Assembly: GCF_008831285.2 (NCBI RefSeq)
Contig: NC_045138.2
Location: 20,460,001-20,524,000 of the forward strand
Direction of reading: 5' to 3'
Source: Nymphaea colorata
Taxonomy: Eukaryota
DNA length: 64,000 nucleotides
Under the pieces are notes generated by a model that did not search any database, was not told the DNA's origin, and saw only the letters and a program-made list of their open reading frames with translations. Both the position numbers and the translations under genes were made by a program. Each line of letters begins with the position of its first letter. The stretch's first letter is position 1. Shown here in pieces: positions 1 through 12,000 of this stretch.

Positions 1-114
1 CAGCCAAACCATAATTTTTTTCTGTTGTTTTAAGTTTTAAACATTGTCTTCATGGTGTATTGAGTATGAATTTGTTTTAAATTTCTGTTTTTATGAAATT
101 TTGTATATATATAT

Positions 115-481
115 CATAGCCACAAATAACGTCTCGGAGTTTTAAACGACGTGGTTTTTTTTTTGTATAATACGACGAGCTTGAAAAATATGGTAAATTT
201 TTAAAAAAATTTAAAAACTAAAAATAGGAGAAATGAGAAACTAATAACACAAACATCAAAAGATAAGTAGATTTGCAACAAAAAATAGAAAATAAAAAAA
301 AAAAAAACTGTTTGGCATTAAAAAAACTGAAAAAAATAAAAAATGTGAAAAAAACAGGTTTTGTTTTTTTTCCTTTTTAACATTTAAAAGAAAAATGTGT
401 TTTTTTTAAGCTTTAAACTGTCATTTAATTTATCACATTTTTTCGCGTTCTTTCGAAAAAAACGCGTTTTCTGTGACTATT
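115..481. mobile_element. Same MITE family, inverted relative to 961-1325
   Basis: Ends CATAGCCACA...TGTGACTAT; interior is homologous to the reverse complement of 961-1325; TSD degenerate. Confidence 0.7.
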
Positions 482-960
482 ATATGCACCATTTTCCCAC
501 TTTGTTGCCTATAGGCTGGCTAGAATTCTTAACTGTGTAAGGAATGTAATGAATAAGATTCTCAACATAGAAGGGCATAAAATTCAATAAGACCCCCAAT
601 ATTTGTACTGCACTTTATATTTCTTGATGTTTTTTTTAATATTTTAGTAAATATTTTCAACTTTTTTTATCTATGGTCTTGCAATAAAATAAATATGAAA
701 CCCAAATTTCATATTTTTTCTATTACCTATAACTTTAAACTCTTGAATTTTTTTGACAAAGGCAAAGATATATCTCAGTTAGTACCCAAGAAAAACTTCA
801 ATATTGACGAAAATCCAAAAACAGTATTTGTGACAATTTATTTGTGAAAAATGATACAACCCATTTCCTGATAAGAAAAGGATATCATGGCAAATACCAA
901 TCTAATCATTTTGTTATGCAGAGAGATTTGATATGCAGTCTAACTGAAACTAACCTGAAC

Positions 961-1325
961 CATAGTCAGAAAGAACAAGTTATTTTCGAAAAAACGAGAA
1001 AAAAATATGAGAAATGAAATGCCATTTAAAACTTAAAAAAACGCATTAAAAAACGTTAAAACAAAAAAACGCGCTTTTCGCTTTTTTTTCAATTTTTTCA
1101 CACCAAACAGTTTTTTTTTCATTTTCTATCTTTTATTTGTTGCAAATATATTTATCTTTTGATGTTTGCGTTATTATTTTCTCACATATTTTATTTTCCT
1201 CTCATTTTTCAAATTTTTTTAAAACATACCATTTTTTCTTTTTTTCCCATATTTTTCAAGCCCACTGTATTATGCTCGAGAGAAACCTCACCATCTAAAA
1301 CTCTGAAATGTTATTGGCGACTATG
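961..1325. mobile_element. Non-autonomous hAT-type MITE (CATAGTC-ended, AT-rich family)
   Basis: Terminal inverted repeats (TIRs) CATAGTC...GACTATG; perfect 8-bp TSD ACCTGAAC (953-960 and 1326-1333). Confidence 0.8.
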
Positions 1326-1989
1326 ACCTGAACTAATACAGAAAAATCAAGCAGGCCTTTCTTCTACAGTTTCTTACTTAACCAATAATACCACATTGAA
1401 AAGCTCAAAATGTTAGCCCCATTTTTATTACTAATGGAAAAAAAATCTAGCTACCAAATGACAAATATCTTGTCAATAATACAAGTTCAAGAGCCATGGC
1501 ATTCTTACCAAGTCAAGAAAAACATGTAACAAGCTCATTAGTCTGAGCACTTGCAAGTGTTTGTTCAATGCATGTGCTTTGCTACTGAAAGCCTCCATTT
1601 TTGGAGATGATTCCCTTCCAACACTGGTTATGGGAGACATGAGAATGAGGTGCATGAGGGTTGGAAACCCATTTGGTTCCCTTCTCAAGCTACCATTGCA
1701 CATGCAACTCCTTGTTTTTATTGGGCACACAAAACAAAACTAGGTCCCACTCTAACCAGTGATTAAAGCAATATCTGTTGGCTAAACAAACTCAGCTGCA
1801 CTTGCCATGTCAATGGAGATTGCACATCATTCATGAATGAGAAAGTGTTTGGTAAAGTTTAGTCTCTCATAAATTATTCTAAAATCTATTGGCACCATTG
1901 GCCTGTTGGATTGTCTTGAAGCTTTGAAGTCGAGGAAAGGTTATGGTTTAGGGTAACACTCTACTTTGAAAAGTTTAGTCTTTTATACA

Positions 1990-2181
1990 AGGGTAGAGCC
2001 AAGGTAGGGCCCGCTTGGGCCCTGGCCCCACTCAATTTTTTTTTTTTAAAGTTATATGTAAATTTTAGAAAATTTCACTTGTTTTATACAAAAATTTTGA
2101 AAAATAATATTTCGGCCCTAATCAAAATTTAGAAACTTTAATTCGGCCTCCCTCAGAAAAAAAAAATCTGGCATCGCTCCT
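1990..2181. mobile_element. Small MITE with GC-rich ends; relatives near 5404-5582 and 2812-2930
   Basis: AGGGTAGAGCCA...TGGCATCGCTCCT imperfect TIRs around an AT-rich core. Confidence 0.4.
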
Positions 2182-2309
2182 ATCTATATATAAGATTGCA
2201 AAGAATTTTGGACGACTTGTAAAGGGGGGTAGTTAAGCGCTTGGTTGTCCTAGAAATTCTGTTGGTGGAAATTTCATCGAAATGAAAATTGTGCTACCAC
2301 CCATGAGCC

Positions 2310-2355
<46 letters not shown>

Positions 2356-4751
2356 CTCTTTTCAAAAGTTTATTTCAAGATCAAGCGATGTTTAAGAGGC
2401 TTAGGGTTTGGCTCCATGAGTCAAGTCAATTTACCCAATGAAATGACACCTGTTTACTCCTTCAATGGGCGTCCATGGTGGATAAGAACGTTGAAAAAGG
2501 GAAAAACATGTTGATGACAGAGTGAAAGAGAAAGGGCAGACAATGGGAATTCAACAAAGGTAGCTCAGTATGCATTTAATGAACATACAATATACTATGG
2601 CTTGACATTTTAATGAACCTACAATATACTATGGCTGACACTATTTGAGATTCGCCAGACCATCGGTCTCTTAAGTTAACTTTTGAGCCGAACTATTTAC
2701 AATTGATATCAGACCCATGTTTAACAATTAAACTAGGGGCCACCATACGATCACAGGCGTTCTTTGAGAGGTTAACAAATTGTAGCATATATATCTAAGT
2801 ATCAGAAGCAATGGCGGAGTTAGACATATTTGGCTGAAATGAGTATATAGGAGGGATATTTGATATGGAAATATATAAAAATTTAGGGTTAAATAAAATA
2901 TAGTTGGACTGTGTGAGCAATTGCCCACACGTCTCATCGAAAGCGGCGTGAGAACAATCGTATATATACTTCAGAAATTGAGATATATATATATGCTCGT
3001 GAATTGTGATCCCCCACTTGAGTTTATTATGACATCTGGGATGTCTTGTCTTCTTTCTACTGTAACTCATTGGACAAATGAATGGTGGGTCTTTATTGAA
3101 TGAGGCTGCTGATTTTGTGGCCTGAGAGTTGCAGAGAACGGTAGCTTTTTCAACTAGAGTTGATAAGTTGAGCAGATCTGAGAACGACTCTTGTGACCAC
3201 AATTGAGTATGCTGCACTCGCATCAGCAAGTATCACGACGACTTATGATCATCCCAACCCCTACCAGATTTAGTCAATGAAGATGTGTTCATGTTATGTA
3301 TTAGATAGAGTCTTCATTTTCTCAGCATGAAGGTTTTAAGCCTTAAACTGTTTGCTGGGCTTGGCAATATTTATCAAAATCATGAAACCCAAATGTTCTT
3401 TTCAGACAGGGAGAGAAAGAGCTGAAAAAAAACTTCATTAAACAAAACTGCATCCAAGAGTAACAAATAAAAATTTCGAGAAAGAGAGAAAGAGAGCATG
3501 GAGGGGGAGAGACGTAAGACAATGTTTATCAAGAGTAATACGACTTGAGAGTGAAAGTAGCTTTTTCTGTCACAATAGAGGTGATCCAAAAGCTTCTACT
3601 CCACTTCATCCCAAAAGGAGAGTGCAGTAGGTGACAGCGTAATCTGAAGATCTAAGTAGTTCATGGGCAAGCGAGCAGCCGTACACCTAAAGCAAGTTTT
3701 AGCAAGAAGTATCATGGCCAGCCACGTTATTGAAGATAAGGCTCGGGGCAAATATGTTGCCGCTTTTGTTTATGAGAAGATTAAGAAAGAAAATCATATG
3801 TATAATCAACAATATCGTCAAGATATTAATGCCAATCAAGATCCTAAAAATTGAAACAGATGACCCTTGTATTCTTTTAAATGTCAATGGAACCTCTTAC
3901 ACAAATGACTGAGGCGTTAGAGAGAGATAATTTGTTCGTGGATGTAGACTCATTTTTGAGTCGAACCTCGTTAAAATCTCTTTGTTTGCTTCTTTCCCTT
4001 TTACAAGTGAATGAGAGAAATGTGACATTGGAGGAATCAATAGAAAAACCCGAGATGAGCTCAAAAACTCTAAGGATAAGTTGAGTTGTCCCATTCTTTT
4101 GGTGAGAAGCAGTGCCAAATAGGAAAAAGTCGTAAGAAAGAAAGAGAAAGAGAAATATTATGACATCTTTGACAGACAAAAACTTTTAATTTGGACCACA
4201 GTGAGATCACGTGTTTGCATTGCAGTGAATCTTGAATCCCTTCCATAAATCAACTGACCCTAAGCCATACTGGAAAGGGTCAATTAGATTTGGATCTGGT
4301 TCAGAAAGAGCCCTGACTCTCACTGGGAAATTTCTTCTAGACAAAAGTTAAAACATGATAAGGTTTTAACGATCCTGGACTTATATTTTGAAGGTCCATT
4401 TTAGGGACCAACTTTTGGATTTAAGCGCAACAGGGCAATAATGGATCCTGAACGGGGACCATAACCGACTGTTTGGATCCATCTACCTGCTGTGTCGTTA
4501 CCACAAAAACTGCAGGTCTTTTTTTCTTTAATTCCATGTGGAGATGTGAAATGCTTCCCCGTGTTTGAACCGCCAAATACTTCTAAAAACTTTCTGACGG
4601 TGCCCATATGGGCTTGCATTGGATACCTACCAGATTCCATAAAAATACAGGAAGCATTTAATGTCACGTATCACTCATAGAAAGCACATGTCTGCAATGG
4701 CACAAACGAGTGATTAGTTTCAGCACTATATGTAATTTTGAAAAGGTAAGG

Positions 4752-4754
<3 letters not shown>

Positions 4755-4821
<67 letters not shown>
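4755..4821. repeat. Compound (TA)n(GA)n microsatellite
   Basis: Read directly from the sequence. Confidence 0.95.
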
Positions 4822-4823
<2 letters not shown>

Positions 4824-6231
4824 CCAAATTATTTTTGTACCATGTAACCTTATAGGTAAGCACTTTAGAATAATTAATAAAAGTAGTGCTAAACAAAACT
4901 TTTTCAAATTTGTGCCCTTTTATTCATAAAAAAATAACGGCTCTTATATTATTAAAAGTTTGATAATAGATAAATTAATATTTTTTATAAAACAACTCGC
5001 ATGTATATTTTGTTTATTATATATTTTCAGAATAACTTAAATATTTTGGTTCTTCTCTATATATGCCAAATGATTTGAATACATATATGTATATATATAA
5101 ACATACACATATGGGTAGGTACCATACCTTTGCATGGTATACCAGATGGGAATTGGGTGTTAAGTTGAAGCAAGTTATATTTTCAATAAATAGAAATACC
5201 TTTCATAGGAAGAAACAAAATAGTTCTTAATTTTGATTCTTTGTTTCCTTTTAACAAGTATTTTGTTTCCTGAAAATATAACTTGGTTTCTAATCTTTTC
5301 AACTTAATATACACAATTTAGTCTCTTTAAAATCGATCCCATCCAACTGGCATATAAAGGTAAGGTAGCTACTTATTTTCTTATATATGTATATATATAA
5401 TAAAGGGCAGAGCTATGATTTTTTTCAGGAATGAACCAAACGGTCTAACGAACTTATCTAAATATGGTCGAACTAAAGCCGAATCTAAAAAATACACTAT
5501 GCAACTAAAAATTTTCAATTTTTTTAATGTATTTTTTTTTTTAATTAGCTTGGGTGCTGAGGCGCCCCCCTTCTTCCGCCCGTGTATATAATCATTATAA
5601 GGGAAAACATGAACTTATATAAATTATCGACATGGAGAGAACAAGAAAGCAGATAGTCAATTACCTATATAGTAACAGAATGATTTTTCACATAGTAAGG
5701 CAACTAGATCAGAACATGGTAAAAACTGAAGAAATTTGTTCCTCGTTAAAAGTAAAATATATTAAAAATTGCAGGGCCAGGGCAGCAACTCTCGTGGTTG
5801 GAAGAGTGCTTACAAGTGACCGTGGGCTTGATTATTGATTATTTTACCAAAGTACGTAGATTTGATCTTGGGACTGCAGTAGCATTAAATATGACGGCTC
5901 CGACACTACCGATAACAAAAAATTTTTAATAAAGCGCCCTTATTTTATAATGTAAAAGGCAATCTTATTAAAAAATAATATGGCAAATTTGTCAGCGTCC
6001 CTGTCCCTACAAAGAAAGATGGTGCCACGAATACCAAGAAGACGATTTAGACAGTTTATTCAGGTGATTAAAATACAATTTCATAAGTTTAAGAGGTCTT
6101 TAACTCATTATCCCCACCTGACACGGCATCACGCGTTTGTCACATTGGAAAAATATACGAGAGATATGATAAAATATATGAGAAAGAATGCCATATCTGA
6201 TTTGTTGATAGCCTTGGATTTAAGATACTAA

Positions 6232-6594
6232 GTTAGTGTTTGATGATATGAGGAAGCATTGTATGGTAAACATATGATCTTAGTAGTGTGAATCATATTT
6301 CACATTACATGTAAAAAACTGTGGATTTCAGGTTGGATGGATTGAGGATCTCTGACTTTGAATCCATGAATCTGAAATTCTGGTGATTTCATATCATGGT
6401 GGATCTCCTATCCACGGTGTAACAGGTACACCCAAGTGATTTGAGGTCTGGAGAATTTTAACCTTTCCTTAAACCTATGGTTTTAGAACTGTAAATCTAA
6501 AAATCTACCGTTTATTTAGACAATAGATCTCTCCTAATTAACATGAATCTGAGATTGGCCCCGGATCTTAAATCTGATGTTATCAAACACCGCC
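6232..6594. mobile_element. Tourist-like MITE remnant
   Basis: GTGTTTGAT...ATCAAACAC ends flanked by TAA/TTA. Confidence 0.4.
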
Positions 6595-8680
6595 TTAAGC
6601 TTATGAAGAAATAATTAAAATTTATGTTAAATTTAAGAAAAGTGAAGCATCTAAGCATGTCCCTGGGACATTTTTGTAATGCGAAACCATGTTGCACATG
6701 ATTTTAGCTTCACTAACTTTCATAAAATAGAATATTTATCTCTTATGGTCTTATTTATTGGGACACTCACCTTAGCATCATGTGCATGCATGTGTTGTGC
6801 TTTCTTCTTTTTTTTTTGTTCTTTCCCCCGAGAAACCTGACAATGTTGGTTTAACTTGTTCTATTTGTGGTTGAAGTGGTTGAACCACTGAAAGACTTCA
6901 CTCTTTCCAAGTATGGGGATTTTCACTCCTTTGTTATTTGAATAATTTTTGGCACATCATTCAAGAGAAAAATGCATTTAAGAGGTGTTTGATGGTTTGG
7001 AATTTTGATTCAACAATGAAATTTCTAAAAGTTTAATTCCTCCTGAAATAAAATCATTCATGCTTTAGTTTTGTAATCAGAGAACAAAACATCTTATTTG
7101 TTTAAAAATTCTGATTTCTTAAAAAATGAACATTTTGATTCTAAAATTTTATGGAACACTTTGTAAGTGTTTCATGATTGAGGCTAGTTTTAGGTTTCGA
7201 CGAATATGTTATAAACTTTGAGACAGATTCATGAAATATATAAAAGGTGATCCAATTACCAAACGATCCCTTGCGGATCCAACCCAGATCTGCAACAGGA
7301 CGACCTTTTCTTGAAAAATAGTATTACACTTTTTGCATGTGCTTCGGCGGTGGAGGACTGGAGAAAGGGAGATCTGCTTTGTTGGTATTTCGGTGGTCAA
7401 CTGCTGCGGATCACAGGATCATAGGTGGGCCAACCCGGTCCACATTATCCTTCATAAACAAGGCCACTTTAATTAAATGAGAAATTTAAATTGGTACTAT
7501 TTCTTCAACCTAAAAGCCTGGGGTGCAAACTTTTTAGCTGTTATTTTACCAAAAAGAAAAAAAAAATCAAATAAGGGCTTACTTTGATAATTGCATCATA
7601 ATAATGATTTGAATTAAAAAACATCGAATATGAATAAAAATTTAGCATCCGACTAAAAAATAAGATCAAATTTGGATATGATGATTGATGAATGACATCT
7701 TATCAAATGTAGATTCATATTAAAATTGTGACAGCTATTTTCAGAGTTCCAAAAGGGGAATGTGCAGCCACATGGCTTGCTCTCCTTTATTGAAACGACG
7801 CGGTTCTTACTGAAACAAAGCCCCTCGGGAAATTATTTACATGAAAATTCATTCGTAAGATTTTATATTTCATTAATGATTATAGAGGTGTTGTGATTTA
7901 TAATTCTCGTAACGTGTCTGTCACCATCCAAAACAAACACGTCTTAAAATACTAAACTCTTTTTAAAGCTTCCAACTCCAACGACGGGATGGAGAGGACT
8001 AGGGTATTGAAATATTTTCTTTTTCTCGATGATTTTTGGCATTTTGGCATTTTTTTTAATCTAATATTATTTTGAGTTTTTAGAGGTTCACAACAACCCA
8101 CCATTTGGAAAAGATTATCAAAAAAATGTTCAAAAAGACCTTTGTTTGAGTCGGAATTTTGTTGGATGGCGGGTCTCTTTCAATTTGATCGATTTGATCA
8201 AAGCACGGCGTCAAAACTATATCCCCTTCTACTTTTAAGATTTTAGTTTCATTCGAAGTATGCTTAATCTTATAAAACACCCTTTCATGCAACGTTCATT
8301 GAAAATGTGAAATATTATTTTTTAAAATTTTTATATAAAACAAGTAAAATTTTATAAAATTATATTAGATTATTAAAATAATTAAAGGAAAAGCAAATCT
8401 CCGACGTCGCCATCGACGGCAAGTTACCAAACGCGATCCGAAAAATCCATGCTGAAAAGTTTTCTATGATCATTTTCTATTGTTTAATAAAATAATAATA
8501 TCCGGATCTCTCTCTCAGTCTCTCTCTTACTTTTCTGATAAAAAAACCAACGTCTTGTATCAAACACACTGTTTAAAAAAGGAAAAACAAGACGCTTCCT
8601 TTCTTTTCTCTCTCATGCTCTTTCTCTCTCTAAATGGCGGTGTGACCTCATCTAGCTGGCAACCAGATTATCTTCTGGTT

Positions 8681-8793
8681 GTGGGTCCCACGGGGTGGGA
8701 CCACGAGTTCAGAGCGATAACAGGGACGTGCACCAAATCACGGAGACTCCGCGTAGCAGGTGGGTCCTACCTGCACTCCATCCCTCCACGTCA
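8681..8793 (+). promoter_or_regulatory. Cluster of TCP-type GTGGGNCC motifs plus a CCACGTCA bZIP element in the BGAL proximal promoter
   Basis: GTGGGTCCCAC (8681), GTGGGACCAC (8695), GTGGGTCC (8760) and CCACGTCA (8786), 250-360 bp upstream of the ATG. Motif match only. Confidence 0.5.
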
Positions 8794-9037
8794 GCGGCAG
8801 CGCGAAAAACAAGCAACGACACATGAACGAGAAGAGGCCGAAAAGGCTTCGAAATAAAAAGAAAAGCGGAGAGAAGCTTCTCCCCACCAAGCTCCATCCC
8901 CCAGTCTCCTTTCGTCTCTCTCTTCTCACTCTCGAGATTCTGCGTCTGCTTTCTCGCTTTCTCTGTGGAAGGGATTGTAGACCAATAAACAGAGGAAAGC
9001 GAGAGTAGTAGAAGAAGGAGAAGAAGAAGAGACAGAA

Positions 9038-12000
9038 ATGCGGAAGATGATGATGGGGAGTGCTTCAACACTCTCCAGCTTCATCGTCCTTCTTGCTTTG
9101 ATGATGGTTTTCTCGGCTACCACCACTCTAGGTTGGAACGTCACGTATGACCATCGATCTTTGATTATCGACGGACAGAGGAAGCTCCTCATCTCTGCCT
9201 CCATTCACTATCCACGTAGTGTTCCTGCGGTAACCAGCCTGTGAACCGACTAGCTTAATGATGGTCTTTTTTGCCTTTTGTATTTTTCATTGATGAGTCT
9301 GCTGACGTACAAGTGTTCATGGACTAGTGGGGAGAGATGGGCCTTGTAATAAAGTGTTTTTTTTTTCCTCCACCATTGGTTACCTCTGTTCTTTCAGTTG
9401 GTGGATGAGTACTTCTTGATAGGGAGTCTAGTGGGGACATGGAGATTGGCTTCTTAATGTTATTTTCATAAATTTCAGATGTGGCCAAGCCTTATAGAGA
9501 CGGCGAAAAGAGGTGGGATCGACGTGATCGAGACTTACGTCTTCTGGAATGGACATGAGCCATCACCTGGAAATGTGAGTTTTGTTTGACTAAATCTTCT
9601 GATTTCTTTTGGATTTGCTTGTCTGTTTTGGTTAGTGTTATGGTTTTTGGGTTTTGCGGGAAGTGCAGTATTATTTTGGAGGGAGGTTCGACTTAGTCAA
9701 GTTCTTGAAGCTCATCCAAGCTGCCGGGCTATACTCCATTCTTCGAATTGGGCCGGTCGTTGCTGCAGAATGGAATTTCGGGTCTGTCATTTCCTCCTTT
9801 TTTTCTTTTCTTTTCCTTCCTTTCCTTTTTCCCATTCATAGGAACGATCCAGAAAGAGAAGGCAAGGAGCAGATATTTGCGTTACGACCACAATGTGCCA
9901 TCATAAACTATCCCAGTTTCCTGAAAAACTGATGCCTATAGAGGCCGTAATCGCTTTTATATTGACAAGTTCTCTACATTGTCCTTTGTGGCTAGGATTT
10001 TTGCACTTCACATTCCTGTGCTGGATGAATTCTTGACTCTAGAATGATTCCATCCATTCTTTTCTGCTAAACAATCTCCATCAAAACCAAACGACATGTT
10101 TCAATTGTATAGGTTCTGAAACAAGATCGTGGATTTTCTATACTAGATTCTGCAATAAGATGTAATTACATTCTGTATGTCTTATGAACCGCGGTGTCCC
10201 TTGATTGAGATTTCTCATATGTTCTTCTGCCCGAATACTTTGCAGTGGCGTGCCTGTTTGGCTTCATTATATTCCTGGGACAATTTTTCGAACAAATTCT
10301 ACTAACTTTGAGGTATGAGGGCTGTAAGAAACCTTTTTATCTTCTCTTCATTTCGGATTATAAAACCAGGTTTGGTTAGATTATAAAACCAGGTTTGATT
10401 TTTCAGAGTCACATGGAGAGCTTCACAACGTATATAGTCAATTTGATGAAGCGTGAGAAACTTTTTGCATCACAAGGAGGGCCCATTATTTTGTCACAGG
10501 CAAGAATTGATTCTGTTTCTGTTTCCATTTTATATGCATTATATCAAGGACTTTAGCGTCATTCCATTTGCTATGGTAACTCAAAGTGCTCCTTAGTTTC
10601 AGCTGCTATGATAGAGTAAAATGCATAGGTCGAAATTGCAGTCAACATATTGCCAATTTCATTGGCTAAAACGGAAATTTTTTGGACATTTTCTGTTGCT
10701 CATGAAGTTGCAGTTACCATTCGTTATCAGCACATCCTCTGCCTAATCAAGTGGCTGTTGGCTTTCATGGGATTGCCCTTAGATAAGTTGATTTTGGAAA
10801 ATGACCATATCAAATGTTCCATATGAAGGAAAATTACTAACACGATGCATCAACTATGTTAAATTTGTATGTTATGCAGGCATAAAACAGTTACCAAGAA
10901 ATGTATGCAAATAGGGAACAGCATAAGTGAATGCTCAAAAACTAGGATAATCACTTGCGGTCATGTATCACTGATGCAATATTTCTTTGTGAATGACTGG
11001 AGGAAAGAACTCCTCAAGGATATGCTTATTGACGCCTTGAATGGTTGTTTGAAGTTATGAGATTTCTGATTTTCTGCAAACCATTCATTGTGAAATGGAA
11101 CAAAGCAATAAAATAGTTATCAACTTATGCTGACTGTATTATACGGGATCTGGTCATATATGTGAAAAGAAATGGTACGTATAGAAAATTAAACCAAAAA
11201 AATACTTAAGCAAGCAATATTGTCAGACCATATCCTGTAAATAAGTTCATGGTTACATCTCATGTGCACACTCTCATGCAAATTAAGCACCAAAAGTTCT
11301 AGAAATTCTGAATTACATGTGCAGAAACTCTCCACAGGCACAAAGTTGGGTTTTACTCCAAACTAGCCTACAAGTGATGGGGCTCTTAAATCCAGTCAAA
11401 TGAGAAATATCTTCTTTCATGAGAAGTAGAACACATATAAGGTTTAATTCTTAATTATTACTTTTGGTTACTGATCTGCTAATGAGTTTGTGTTGTTGCG
11501 AGAGAGAGAGAGTGGCAGCAAAAAGTTGAAAGTTCATTACGTGACCCTAATCTCTATTAAGAGATTAGGGTTAGGGAAAATTACAAGAGAAGTCCACTAA
11601 AAATAATAAAACATTTAAAGAGATCCTCCCTAACTTCCTAATATTTCAGAAAACCCCTTTTTGTATCTTTAACACTCCCCCTCAAGCTGGAGCATATATA
11701 TCAATCATGCTCAGCTTGTTACAACATCTCAGGAAATCGCCTATGAGAAGAGCTTTAGTGAGAATATCTGCTGCCTGATCTTCTGAGGAGACGTGAATAG
11801 TGCTAACAATTCCTCCTTGAACTAAGTCCCGAATATAGTGGCAATCCACTTCAATGTGTTTAGTCCTCTCATGGAAGACAGGATTGTTAGCGATATATGT
11901 AGCTGCCTTGTTGTCACAATACATCTTCATTGGGAGATTCACTGAGACACCCAACTCTACAACTAGTGATCTAACGCACGACATTTCAGCTGCAGTTTGA

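Noticed and set aside
1483..1530. AAGTTCAAGAGCCATGG resembles the reverse complement of miR396
   Set aside because: Partial match needing a gap, and no complementary arm to form a precursor hairpin.
2640..3330. TRIM/LTR-like traces (ttaca-attgatatcagacc, PBS-like)
   Set aside because: Too degenerate; I could not define paired LTRs or a TSD.
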